64,000 bases of DNA from Rhodobacter sp. GTDB lineage: Bacteria > Pseudomonadota > Alphaproteobacteria > Rhodobacterales > Rhodobacteraceae. The DNA lies in contig JASJDP010000006.1 of the NCBI GenBank assembly GCA_030065095.1, forward strand, positions 16,777 through 80,776, written 5' to 3'. The number at the start of each line of letters is the position of its first letter. Within the stretch, counting starts at the first letter, position 1. The notes below the pieces were generated by a model. The model made no database searches, was not told the DNA's origin, and was given only the letters and a program-made list of their open reading frames with translations. Shown piece by piece: positions 35,076-43,540 of the stretch. The translations under genes were made by a program, and so were the position numbers.

Positions 35076-35828
35076 ATGAAAAGAAGGTTTGCGGTTGGCT
35101 TTGTCGTTTTGCTAGTACTGGGAGCAGCCGGGATGGTGGTCTGGTCCGCCGACCGACCCGCAATTCCACCAGTGCCAACTGCGACGCCCGAGCGCAATGT
35201 TGACACGCCCCCGATAGCCGATCAGACCTCATCGCAACGGAAATCACCAGTGTTGGGTAAGGAAATCCCCGGGCTACCAGAACACTGCACCGACAAGTTG
35301 ATCTCAAGGTCGGGTTGTGACGGGATGACCGAGATTACCACCAATCAAGGCAATACCTACCGCTTGGTTGAAATTGGCAATCAGTGTTGGTTTGCCGACA
35401 ATCTCAAGGAAATACCGACGAACCCTGGAGGTTGGTATGGTTACTATGGCAATGCCACTGAAGAGCGAAATTTAGGCGAAGGTCTACTTTATACGTGGAA
35501 GGCAGCAATGAACGGTGAAGCCGAGGAGGGAGCACGTGGAACCTGCCCAATTGGTTGGCATATACCTATAGAATGTGAACTAAGAATGGTTGAAAATAAT
35601 TTAGAATTTGTACCCAGCTCATTTCCAGGTCGCACGACACTTGACGCCGAGGGGGAAATGCAGATCAAGACATCATCTTTCACGGGGCGTGGCTATTTGT
35701 TCTACCTATGGTCGTCCACTGATGCCCAAGACGGACCTTCGGTTCTTTGGCAAGTCCGGCGACGTTCGGCCAGTGTCATCAATGGTAATCCTAAAAACAC
35801 TTATTCTGCCCGTTGCATCAGAGATTAA
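35076..35828 (+). CDS. FISUMP (Fibrobacter succinogenes major paralogous) domain protein with N-terminal anchor
   Basis: YRLVEIGNQCWFADNLK, GLLYTWKAAM and CPIGWHIP follow the TIGR02145-type pattern as I recall it. Confidence 0.7.
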   Translation: MKRRFAVGFVVLLVLGAAGMVVWSADRPAIPPVPTATPERNVDTPPIADQTSSQRKSPVLGKEIPGLPEHCTDKLISRSGCDGMTEITTNQGNTYRLVEIGNQCWFADNLKEIPTNPGGWYGYYGNATEERNLGEGLLYTWKAAMNGEAEEGARGTCPIGWHIPIECELRMVENNLEFVPSSFPGRTTLDAEGEMQIKTSSFTGRGYLFYLWSSTDAQDGPSVLWQVRRRSASVINGNPKNTYSARCIRD

Positions 35829-38800
35829 AAGGCAGGCCGGTTTGAAGCATCGGGGCAATTCGCCGATTGAAGTCGTCGATTTTCTGGCGCATCGGTTCAA
35901 GCTTGACATAGGCGTCTGCGACCGCTGTTGAAAACACTCCACCCAGAGCTGCTTGCTGCGCTAGAACTCGCTCTTGCATCGCTATCTGATCAACAATGGC
36001 ATTTCTCAGTTCTAGCGCGTTTTTTGTGTCACCCGACTGCTCCGCACGAACCAATGCATCCGACCAAGCCTCAATCGACTTTGTTGTTTGCTCAAGAATA
36101 CGCTCGGGTAGGTCGGCCTGCCCACTCTGAACTACGTCACGCACCGTGTTGTCGAACTCAATAAGCTTTGACGTGGTCCACACAGATGCGGTTGCGATGG
36201 CGCCGGCACCCCCAACCGCGACTTTCGAGCTTATCCCTAGGAGTTCGGGTCTCATCAAAACCGCAACTTCCACTGACGTCACAGCTCCCTCAGTCAAACC
36301 AAGCAAGGCAGGGTGCCCGATATTGTTTGAACTCACCTCGCGCAACGCTCCCGCTACGACTGAAACACCGAGCCCATAGCTGAGGCCAGAGAGGAATTCG
36401 GATTTGGCGTTGTAGGGCAGTTGCTCTTTGAGGAACGCTTGTCCTTCTGGTCGCGACAAATAGTCAGACATGAGCCTCAAAAGCTCTACCGGGTTCACCT
36501 GTCCCGGCGATTTCCGCGCAATGTCAACGGCTGCATACAGTGCTATTTGGTCAAATGTATATGTAAAAGCACTCGTAGTGAAGAACTCTGCTCCATTTGT
36601 CTCTCTAAACGCATTATGCAAAGCTTGCCTAAACTCAATTGACAAAGTTTGCATTTCACTGGCCGACACCACGTCCAAAACTGACCAGTTTCCAGTGCCT
36701 AGCGCGATCCCGGAAAACACAGCGGATGTCGCACACAATTGAGGGCCCAAATCGCACCCACGATCAAGTCCATCGGTCGTTTCGGTAGAGGCATTTCCAA
36801 GAATGTCATTGGCATTATCGATTGGCTGTCCCGCCGTTCCGTTTTCTCCACCTGCAGTCGGCGTGGTCGGTGGCTCCGGAGGGGTTACCGTCGGATCTTT
36901 GATGGTGAAACTGACGTTCGTATTGACCGTGTTGTTGCTCGCGTCGGTGGCCGTCACGGTAATGATCACCGGACTTGCCGCGGCCGGCGTTCCAGAGATC
37001 GTGACAGTCCCATCGCCATTGTCGGTGGCGGTAAGCCCGGCAGGCAGACCTGACACCACCAGAGTCAGCCCGGCAACACCGTTGTCGTCAGCAAACAAGA
37101 CGGGTGTCGTCGCGGTATAGCTCGTACCGGCCTCCGCGTTCGGCAAGGTCGGGCTACCACCTATGACCGTCGGTGGGTTGTCGACTGGCGGAGGTGGCGC
37201 AGGCTCGTCAACGGTCAGGCTGACATCGATGGAGGCGGTATTCCCACCGGCATCTGTGGCGGTCACGGTGAAGCTCACCGGCCCCGAGACGGTCGGCGTG
37301 CCGGAAATGGTCACGGTGCCATCGCCGTTGTCGGTGCCCGAAAGGCCCGCCGGCAGACCGGACACGACGAGCGTCAGCCCACCGACGCCATTATCGTCGG
37401 AGAACAAAACGACGGTCGTTCCATTATAGGCGCTTCCGCGCTCGGCATCCGGTAGAGTGACGGTACCGGCGGTCGGCGTTGGCGGATTATCGACCGGCGG
37501 AGGTGGCGCAGGCTCATCCACCGTCAGGTTTACGTCGATAGAGGCAGTATTGCCGCCCGCGTCGGTGGCGGTGACAGTGAACGCCACCGCGCCCGATACC
37601 GTGGGCGTGCCAGAGATGGTAACGGTGCCGTCGCCGTTGTCGGTCGCCGTCAGTCCGGCGGACAGGCCGGAGACCACCAGGGTCAGGCCGCTGACATCCT
37701 GATCATCAGAGAAGAGGACAATGGTCGTCTCGTTATAGGCGGTGCCTTGCTCCGCGTTCGGGAGCGTGACGGTTCCCGGGAAGGGGGTCGGCGGGGTATC
37801 CACCGGCGGCGGTGGCGGGGCCGCGTCGATGGTCAGATCCAAATCCACGGTTGCGGTGTTGCCGCCGGCATCCGTCGCGGTGACGGTGATCGTGACGGCA
37901 CCGGACACCGTCGGCGTTCCAGAAATCGTCACGGTCCCGTCGCCATTGTCGGTGGCGGTCAGTCCCGCCGGGAGGCCGGTGACAACGAGCGTCAGTCCGG
38001 CAACACCGTTGTCGTCAGAAAACAGCACAACAGTAGTTTCGGAGTAGGCCGTGCCCTGTTCGGCATTGGGGAGCGTGATGGTGCCTGGTGTAGGGGTCGG
38101 CGCAGTATCTGTTGGAGGTGGCGGCGGGGCCGCGTCGATGATCAGGTCCACGTCCACGGTTGCGGTGTTGCCGCCTCCGTCCGTCGCGGTGACCGTGATC
38201 GTGACGGCGCCGGACACCGTGGGCGTTCCGGAGATCGTCACCGTCCCGTCGCCATTGTCGGTGGCGGTCAGCCCTGCCGGGAGGCCGGTGACGACCAGCG
38301 TCAGTCCGGCGACGCCGTTGTCGTCAGAGAACAGAACCACCGTGGTAGCCGAATAGGCGGTGCCTTGCTCTGCGTTGGGGAGCGTGATGGTGCCGGGTGT
38401 GGGGGTTGGTGGATTGTCGACCGGTGGTGGCGGTGTGGTTCCGATTTTTGCATCCGCAACGTCGAAGTCGCCGGATTGAACGTCAAGCGCACCAACCTCA
38501 ACCGCATTCACGCCGTTGCCCGGCCCATCGAACTGAGTTGCGCCGGAAAACGTCGCACGGCGTTCATCCACATTGACCTGTCGCACGACCAGAGTTCCCG
38601 TCGTCTTCAAGGCGCGATCCGACAAGACCAACAACGGCATGTCGTTCACCTCGGTGGCGGTCGAATTAGAAGCGACAGTGATTTCGCCGCCGCCAGCGTC
38701 TACTACGAATTCATTTGAACTGCTACAGAACACCGAGGTCATACAGCCCGCGAAGTTCTGGAATGGACTAGCTATGCTATTGATCGTTCGCGAATTGACT

Positions 38801-41121
38801 GACTCCTGAAAGTTGAGCGTTACCCCGCCGCCGTGCGTTTTGATCGTAGGCATTGCCAATGTGGTGCCGGTGGGGAGCGACGTACCGTCGGAAAAAGTGG
38901 TCGGGCTGGGCATTTGCAGCGCAACGGCAGAAGCCAAGAACGTGCCGCCGTTCGTATCAATACTGGCGAAGACCTGTGAACCATTCCTAACCCCGGTCTC
39001 AAGCGTGAACACACTGCTATCTCCGAGGCCCGCAAAGCTTAAGTTTAGACGCCCGGAAGTGCTAATGATGCTGTTTCTGACAGCCAGGGATGTACCGGTG
39101 AAATGCAGAGAGGTCGTGTTTCCAGCAGTCTTGGAAATAGGATCGTGAATAACGACGCGACCCGCGCTCGACATTAACTCTACGTTGCCGCCCATACTTA
39201 GAATGTTGCCAACGCGGATACCTGATATCACATTGATTGGGCTTCCAGTAAAGCCAACGTTGATATCGCCTTCTGTATTCAGCTTGAAACTTCCTACTCC
39301 CTGCAGGAATCGTGGAGAAATATTGAAAGTGTCTTTGGCATCAACGCTAAAGGTTCCGCCATTTAGGGAAATGACATCATTCGATAAATCAACATTATTA
39401 GCCTGCAAGTGTAAATCCAGCACCGCTCCGGCACCAGAATTCGCGGAGATACTTCCGCGTTCGAAATTGATCGTGTTTCCAGCTATGAAGGAGAGTTTGC
39501 TCTGTCCTGCGACCGACTTACTGATACCTGGGCCGTTTCTTGCGGTCGAAAACGGCAGCATCTCAATTGTATCGCCCGCAATGATGGTGACATTGGTACC
39601 GGTATCGAGCGCCGCCGAAATAGTTCGGCCCAAAACTGTAGAGCCTTCGATGGTGGTCTCGTCACCCACGGTCGTCGTGGTTGAGTCATCAAAACGCGAA
39701 TTACTGGACGATATGATTCTGAGGTAATCCGGATCGAGCAGCCAAAGCCCGCCCTCCCCGGCGGTCACAAGTCCTTCGGGCAAGCTGAGTGTTCCGGCCG
39801 ACGAGGTTTCGATGAAGCCGCCGGTGCCGTCACCACTTTCCGTTGCCAATATGTCCGCGCTTGACAGTGTGTATTCCTCGGACCAGGCGATGATCTTGCC
39901 GCCATCCCCGTTCTCTGTGGCCGAGGCGTTGATCTCCGTGTCGACGTCAATGGTCAGGGTGGTGGCGTTGGCGACTTCGTAGTCCTCGCGGATTTCCGGG
40001 CCGACTGGATTGTTCGGGGAAATGTCACGCCCGCCGAGGTAATCCCCCCCAATCAGAACTGTGCCACCGCCTTCTGCGCCGGACGCATCGATATTGGCCG
40101 CCGCGATGCTGATTTCTTCACCGGTGATCTGAATGGTGCCACCAGTTCCTGGCCGAGCGCTGGGGCGAAGAGATACGCTGGGTGCGGCGACTGACAGGGT
40201 GCCGGAGACATGGACATTCTGCGCGGGCGCAGCGGGCGATCTGGTGTCGGCAGTCTGCCCACCCAAAATGATCCGTCCGTTCCGCATCCCAACCGAGTGA
40301 GCCTCGATCACACCGGTGTTATTGACCACCGAATTGACCGCTGTCCGGGCGGTCGCGGCAGTCAGGGCGACGGTGCCGCCTTCAACCCGGATGGTGCCGT
40401 CATTCTTGACCAGATCAGCCATCGGCAGGCCGGTCGCCACGTCGATCACTTGCTCGGCAATCTCGTCATCGACGGCTAGGCTGACCAATCCGTCGCCGTA
40501 GAGGTCGAGGGTGAACTGGTTGCCTGCAGCCAGTGAGACTGTGCCGAACCGGGCGGTGATGACGCCGGAATTGCGGATGCCGGGCGCGACGAAGGCCGCC
40601 AGCCCGTAGTCGCCGATGGTGACCTCGCCTTCGTTGACAATCGATGCCGAAGGATTCCCAGGCAGGTTGAAATTCAACTCGCCCGCCATGAACGACTGAT
40701 TGGTCGTGTCCGCCGTGGTGGCGATCAGGCTGTTGACGTCGATCCGGGAGCCGAAGCTGAAGATCACCCCATCGGGGTTGACGATGGCGATGTTGCCGTT
40801 GGCGTTGAGCGTGCCGGCGATTGCGCTCGGGTCTTGCGAGCCGGTGACCCGGTTCAGGGCCCAGGCGTCGATGTTGGGTTGGACAAAGGTGGTGGTTTCG
40901 CCGGGGTCGATATTGAAACTGTCCCAGTTGATGATCACCCGATCCGATGTCTGATTAATCAGAAGTGTGGTTGGGTCCGGCACCACAATTGTGGCATCGC
41001 CGGCCACCACTTCACCGCCAACAGGGTTGGCGCGGGCTGATTGGGCCAGCAACGCGGCGATCATTGCAGCGGAGGTCAGGGCCGTGGACAGTTTCAAAAC
41101 GGAACCAAGCGAAATGGGCAT
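35818..41121 (-). CDS. two-partner-secretion exoprotein (TpsA, filamentous-haemagglutinin family) with five Ig-like repeats
   Basis: 1767 aa from the ATG at 41121, 10 nt after the TpsB stop. Signal peptide, then a TPS domain (INQTSDRVIINWDSFNIDPGETTTFVQP ... LNRVTG...IAGTLNANGNIAIVNPDGV). Confidence 0.9.
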   Translation of the reverse strand: MPISLGSVLKLSTALTSAAMIAALLAQSARANPVGGEVVAGDATIVVPDPTTLLINQTSDRVIINWDSFNIDPGETTTFVQPNIDAWALNRVTGSQDPSAIAGTLNANGNIAIVNPDGVIFSFGSRIDVNSLIATTADTTNQSFMAGELNFNLPGNPSASIVNEGEVTIGDYGLAAFVAPGIRNSGVITARFGTVSLAAGNQFTLDLYGDGLVSLAVDDEIAEQVIDVATGLPMADLVKNDGTIRVEGGTVALTAATARTAVNSVVNNTGVIEAHSVGMRNGRIILGGQTADTRSPAAPAQNVHVSGTLSVAAPSVSLRPSARPGTGGTIQITGEEISIAAANIDASGAEGGGTVLIGGDYLGGRDISPNNPVGPEIREDYEVANATTLTIDVDTEINASATENGDGGKIIAWSEEYTLSSADILATESGDGTGGFIETSSAGTLSLPEGLVTAGEGGLWLLDPDYLRIISSSNSRFDDSTTTTVGDETTIEGSTVLGRTISAALDTGTNVTIIAGDTIEMLPFSTARNGPGISKSVAGQSKLSFIAGNTINFERGSISANSGAGAVLDLHLQANNVDLSNDVISLNGGTFSVDAKDTFNISPRFLQGVGSFKLNTEGDINVGFTGSPINVISGIRVGNILSMGGNVELMSSAGRVVIHDPISKTAGNTTSLHFTGTSLAVRNSIISTSGRLNLSFAGLGDSSVFTLETGVRNGSQVFASIDTNGGTFLASAVALQMPSPTTFSDGTSLPTGTTLAMPTIKTHGGGVTLNFQESVNSRTINSIASPFQNFAGCMTSVFCSSSNEFVVDAGGGEITVASNSTATEVNDMPLLVLSDRALKTTGTLVVRQVNVDERRATFSGATQFDGPGNGVNAVEVGALDVQSGDFDVADAKIGTTPPPPVDNPPTPTPGTITLPNAEQGTAYSATTVVLFSDDNGVAGLTLVVTGLPAGLTATDNGDGTVTISGTPTVSGAVTITVTATDGGGNTATVDVDLIIDAAPPPPPTDTAPTPTPGTITLPNAEQGTAYSETTVVLFSDDNGVAGLTLVVTGLPAGLTATDNGDGTVTISGTPTVSGAVTITVTATDAGGNTATVDLDLTIDAAPPPPPVDTPPTPFPGTVTLPNAEQGTAYNETTIVLFSDDQDVSGLTLVVSGLSAGLTATDNGDGTVTISGTPTVSGAVAFTVTATDAGGNTASIDVNLTVDEPAPPPPVDNPPTPTAGTVTLPDAERGSAYNGTTVVLFSDDNGVGGLTLVVSGLPAGLSGTDNGDGTVTISGTPTVSGPVSFTVTATDAGGNTASIDVSLTVDEPAPPPPVDNPPTVIGGSPTLPNAEAGTSYTATTPVLFADDNGVAGLTLVVSGLPAGLTATDNGDGTVTISGTPAAASPVIITVTATDASNNTVNTNVSFTIKDPTVTPPEPPTTPTAGGENGTAGQPIDNANDILGNASTETTDGLDRGCDLGPQLCATSAVFSGIALGTGNWSVLDVVSASEMQTLSIEFRQALHNAFRETNGAEFFTTSAFTYTFDQIALYAAVDIARKSPGQVNPVELLRLMSDYLSRPEGQAFLKEQLPYNAKSEFLSGLSYGLGVSVVAGALREVSSNNIGHPALLGLTEGAVTSVEVAVLMRPELLGISSKVAVGGAGAIATASVWTTSKLIEFDNTVRDVVQSGQADLPERILEQTTKSIEAWSDALVRAEQSGDTKNALELRNAIVDQIAMQERVLAQQAALGGVFSTAVADAYVKLEPMRQKIDDFNRRIAPMLQTGLPFNL
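36877..38421. repeat. 5 x 309-bp tandem repeat inside tpsA (103-aa Pro-linker plus Ig-like module)
   Basis: Protein repeats start VD[NT]PPTP.. and end ..PPPP. Copies 1 and 2 differ at only a handful of residues. Periodic antisense ORFs in the track have the same 309-bp spacing. Confidence 0.9.
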
Positions 41122-41131
41122 GGATCGTCTC

Positions 41132-42838
41132 CTAGAACCGCGCACTGACGCTGAACCAGCCGGACCAGCTGTCATCCACGGTGATGCTATTGGGGGTGTC
41201 GATGGGCTTGGTGGCCGTGACGTCGAAAGAAACCCGACCGGCGCCGAACCGGAGGCCCAGCCCGCCAGACGAGGCATTGTCGGACGCAGGCGTGCCCAGT
41301 GGCGGGTTTACGTTGCCGATCCAACCGGCATCGGCAAAGGCGTAGAACTGCGCGTAGTCTATGCCGAAACCGCTCGGAAGCGCGTTGGCGGGTAGGTTAT
41401 AGCGGATTTCAAGCGAGCCCTTGGCGCATTTGTCGCCGGTCACCACCGAACTGTCGAAACCTCGCCCATATTGCTGGCCACCGAACCCGCATTCCTGTGA
41501 GGACAACAGAGGCATTTCCGTCCATTGCCCAAACACCGAACCGGCGACGCTCAGCCCGTTGCCAAGGTTTTGGGTGCGGGTGAGTTCCAGCGTGGCGCGG
41601 TGGAAATCCACCCGGCCACCGGTGCGCGAGGCGTTGGCATTGCCGTTGGTGGTCGATTCAAGGCCTTCGATACCCTTGTGGAAAGCCAATCGCACTTGGT
41701 TGGTGCCGTTGAACCGGTCTGCGTTGTCAAAGCTCAACTCGGCGCGCAGGATGCGTAGCCGGTCCTCCGAGGCGATACCGGCGAAGTTGGTGGATTTGGA
41801 GTTCTTGAAATCAAAGGCCAGCGTGCCCCGCAGGTTGCGGGATCGGCTGCGGATGAACGGATAATGCACCGCCAGCGAGGCGTTCAGTCCCTCGGTTTCG
41901 TAGTCCAAGGCAGTCAAGGCCGCGTTGTCGGGATCGCCAATACTGTAGTTGGCATCAAGGCTGAAACTCAGCCCGTTGGAACCCAAGACCTGATCATAAC
42001 CCGCAAAGACATAGGCCAATTCCGGGCGTGAACTGGTGTTGTCGGGTCCGGCCAAGGTCAGGCCGCCGCGCAGACGCTCGTTCAACTGCAACAGGTTGTT
42101 TAGTTCGCCTGAAACCGTGAACTGGTAGGGTCCGCTCGCTTCCGTGCCACGATTGTCGAACCGCAGCGACCAGCCGCCACGGTCTTCCTGGCTGGTCAAA
42201 GTCAGAACGCTTGCCCCGGGCGTGTCCGGTGATGCGGAGAGATTCGACCTAACCGACAGTCCCGGAACATCGTTGGCCAGCAGCATGTGGCGCTCAAGCT
42301 TGGCGGCGTTCAACGGTTTCGATGCTTCAATCGCTGCTGCGTGCCCCTCCATCAGGCGACGGCGAGAACCTAGACCGTCGGGCAGAACAACCCGTTCAAC
42401 GAAGCCCTCGAGCACCTGAAGCGTGATGACCGCTCCACCCGGCTCCAATTCTTGAGGAGGCACGATGGCACGAGACAAGAGATAGCCACGGTCACCGAGA
42501 TAGGCCGTAAGGGCCGCGGCGGCCTGGAACACGTCCAGCAAGGTGCCATCGTCCTTTAGGAACGGCGCCACGACCGTCTGCAATTCGGCATCGCTGACCG
42601 CAGTCGCGCCGATGATCCGAAATCCGAGGATGCGCAATTGGAATTGTGCGGCCTGTGCCGGCGGAATCGTGCTTTCCAAACCCTCCCGGGCAGAAAACTC
42701 GGCCTGTGGTGCTCCTGGCGCCTCAAACCGTGTCTCGATCCGCCCTGGTTCAACAGCACCCGGGATTGTTTGTGCTGAGACTTCTCCGGTAAACGCGAAG
42801 ATTACATACAGGCCGCCGAAATATTTCCAAACTGCCAA
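41132..42838 (-). CDS. ShlB/FhaC/HecB-family outer-membrane transporter (TpsB)
   Basis: 568 aa with a signal peptide, POTRA-like N-terminus and a beta-barrel ending in ...GWFSVSARF. Lies directly upstream of tpsA. Confidence 0.9.
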   Translation of the reverse strand: MAVWKYFGGLYVIFAFTGEVSAQTIPGAVEPGRIETRFEAPGAPQAEFSAREGLESTIPPAQAAQFQLRILGFRIIGATAVSDAELQTVVAPFLKDDGTLLDVFQAAAALTAYLGDRGYLLSRAIVPPQELEPGGAVITLQVLEGFVERVVLPDGLGSRRRLMEGHAAAIEASKPLNAAKLERHMLLANDVPGLSVRSNLSASPDTPGASVLTLTSQEDRGGWSLRFDNRGTEASGPYQFTVSGELNNLLQLNERLRGGLTLAGPDNTSSRPELAYVFAGYDQVLGSNGLSFSLDANYSIGDPDNAALTALDYETEGLNASLAVHYPFIRSRSRNLRGTLAFDFKNSKSTNFAGIASEDRLRILRAELSFDNADRFNGTNQVRLAFHKGIEGLESTTNGNANASRTGGRVDFHRATLELTRTQNLGNGLSVAGSVFGQWTEMPLLSSQECGFGGQQYGRGFDSSVVTGDKCAKGSLEIRYNLPANALPSGFGIDYAQFYAFADAGWIGNVNPPLGTPASDNASSGGLGLRFGAGRVSFDVTATKPIDTPNSITVDDSWSGWFSVSARF

Positions 42839-42848
42839 CAGTTTACCC

Positions 42849-43145
42849 TCACCTGCCCAGTCGGCGTTTTTTCATGCCGTTTTGATACGCATCAATTGTG
42901 GATTTCCACATTGGTCCCAAAAGTTCGAAATATGTTGCAATGGCGACAAGCTGGTTGGTGGTTTTTGCTTGCAGCTTATTTCGAGCGGACCGAAGATGCT
43001 CTTCGACCGTGCGTACATGAAGGTTCAAGACTTCGGCAACCCGTTGTTGGGAAAGCCCGCTGGCGAGCGCGTCAATACAGGCGCGCTCGCCCTCGGTTAG
43101 ACCAAACTTCACAGGAACGTCGTCGTGTTTAGCCGCCACGGCCAC
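42849..43145 (-). CDS. LuxR-type HTH regulator (stand-alone)
   Basis: LTEGERACIDALASGLSQQRVAEVLNLHVRTVEEHLRSARNKL. Confidence 0.8.
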   Translation of the reverse strand: MAVAAKHDDVPVKFGLTEGERACIDALASGLSQQRVAEVLNLHVRTVEEHLRSARNKLQAKTTNQLVAIATYFELLGPMWKSTIDAYQNGMKKRRLGR

Positions 43146-43362
43146 TGCAAGCGGCGTTCGCAGCGGCCTGCATGCTGCCGAAGTTCTGTCCCAAGTAGGC
43201 CGTGTCAGCCCATTTGCCGTTGGACTTCTGCTTGACGCCGATCAATGTTCCAGAGCCACAGCGAATCTGAATCCAACTGCCGTAATCCTTTTCAACTGTC
43301 CATGCCGCCGCTGGTCCCGCCAGCGCAATGACCAGGGCTGCGCTGCAAAACGTCCGAACCAT
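43129..43362 (-). CDS. small secreted protein, unknown function
   Basis: 77 aa from the ATG at 43362, with a signal peptide MVRTFCSAALVIALAGPAAA. Confidence 0.4.
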   Translation of the reverse strand: MVRTFCSAALVIALAGPAAAWTVEKDYGSWIQIRCGSGTLIGVKQKSNGKWADTAYLGQNFGSMQAAANAACSGRGG

Positions 43363-43540
43363 GTCCCCACCTCGCTCCAATCATTCCGAGAGAAACCCTC
43401 TCGGGGCAATCGTTATGCGGGTGGGGCGCATTACTCTACCGGCTGGCGCATTTGTCTTAGGTGGTTGACGTAATTCCCCACTCGGTGGCGCAATCGTCCT
43501 GTCGCGGAGGCGCAATTGCCACAATGGCCCGGGCTTGGAA

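Noticed and set aside
36803-38718. Periodic plus-strand ORFs (about 100 aa each, 309-bp spacing); also considered a CRISPR-like array
   Set aside because: They are antisense images of the tpsA tandem repeats. The units are contiguous 309-bp coding repeats without spacers, so this is not a CRISPR array and these are not separate genes.
35818-42838. Classical contact-dependent inhibition (CdiBAI) locus
   Set aside because: There is no VENN or pretoxin motif before the C-terminal region and no small immunity ORF downstream of tpsA. It is reported as generic TPS with an unusual C-terminus.
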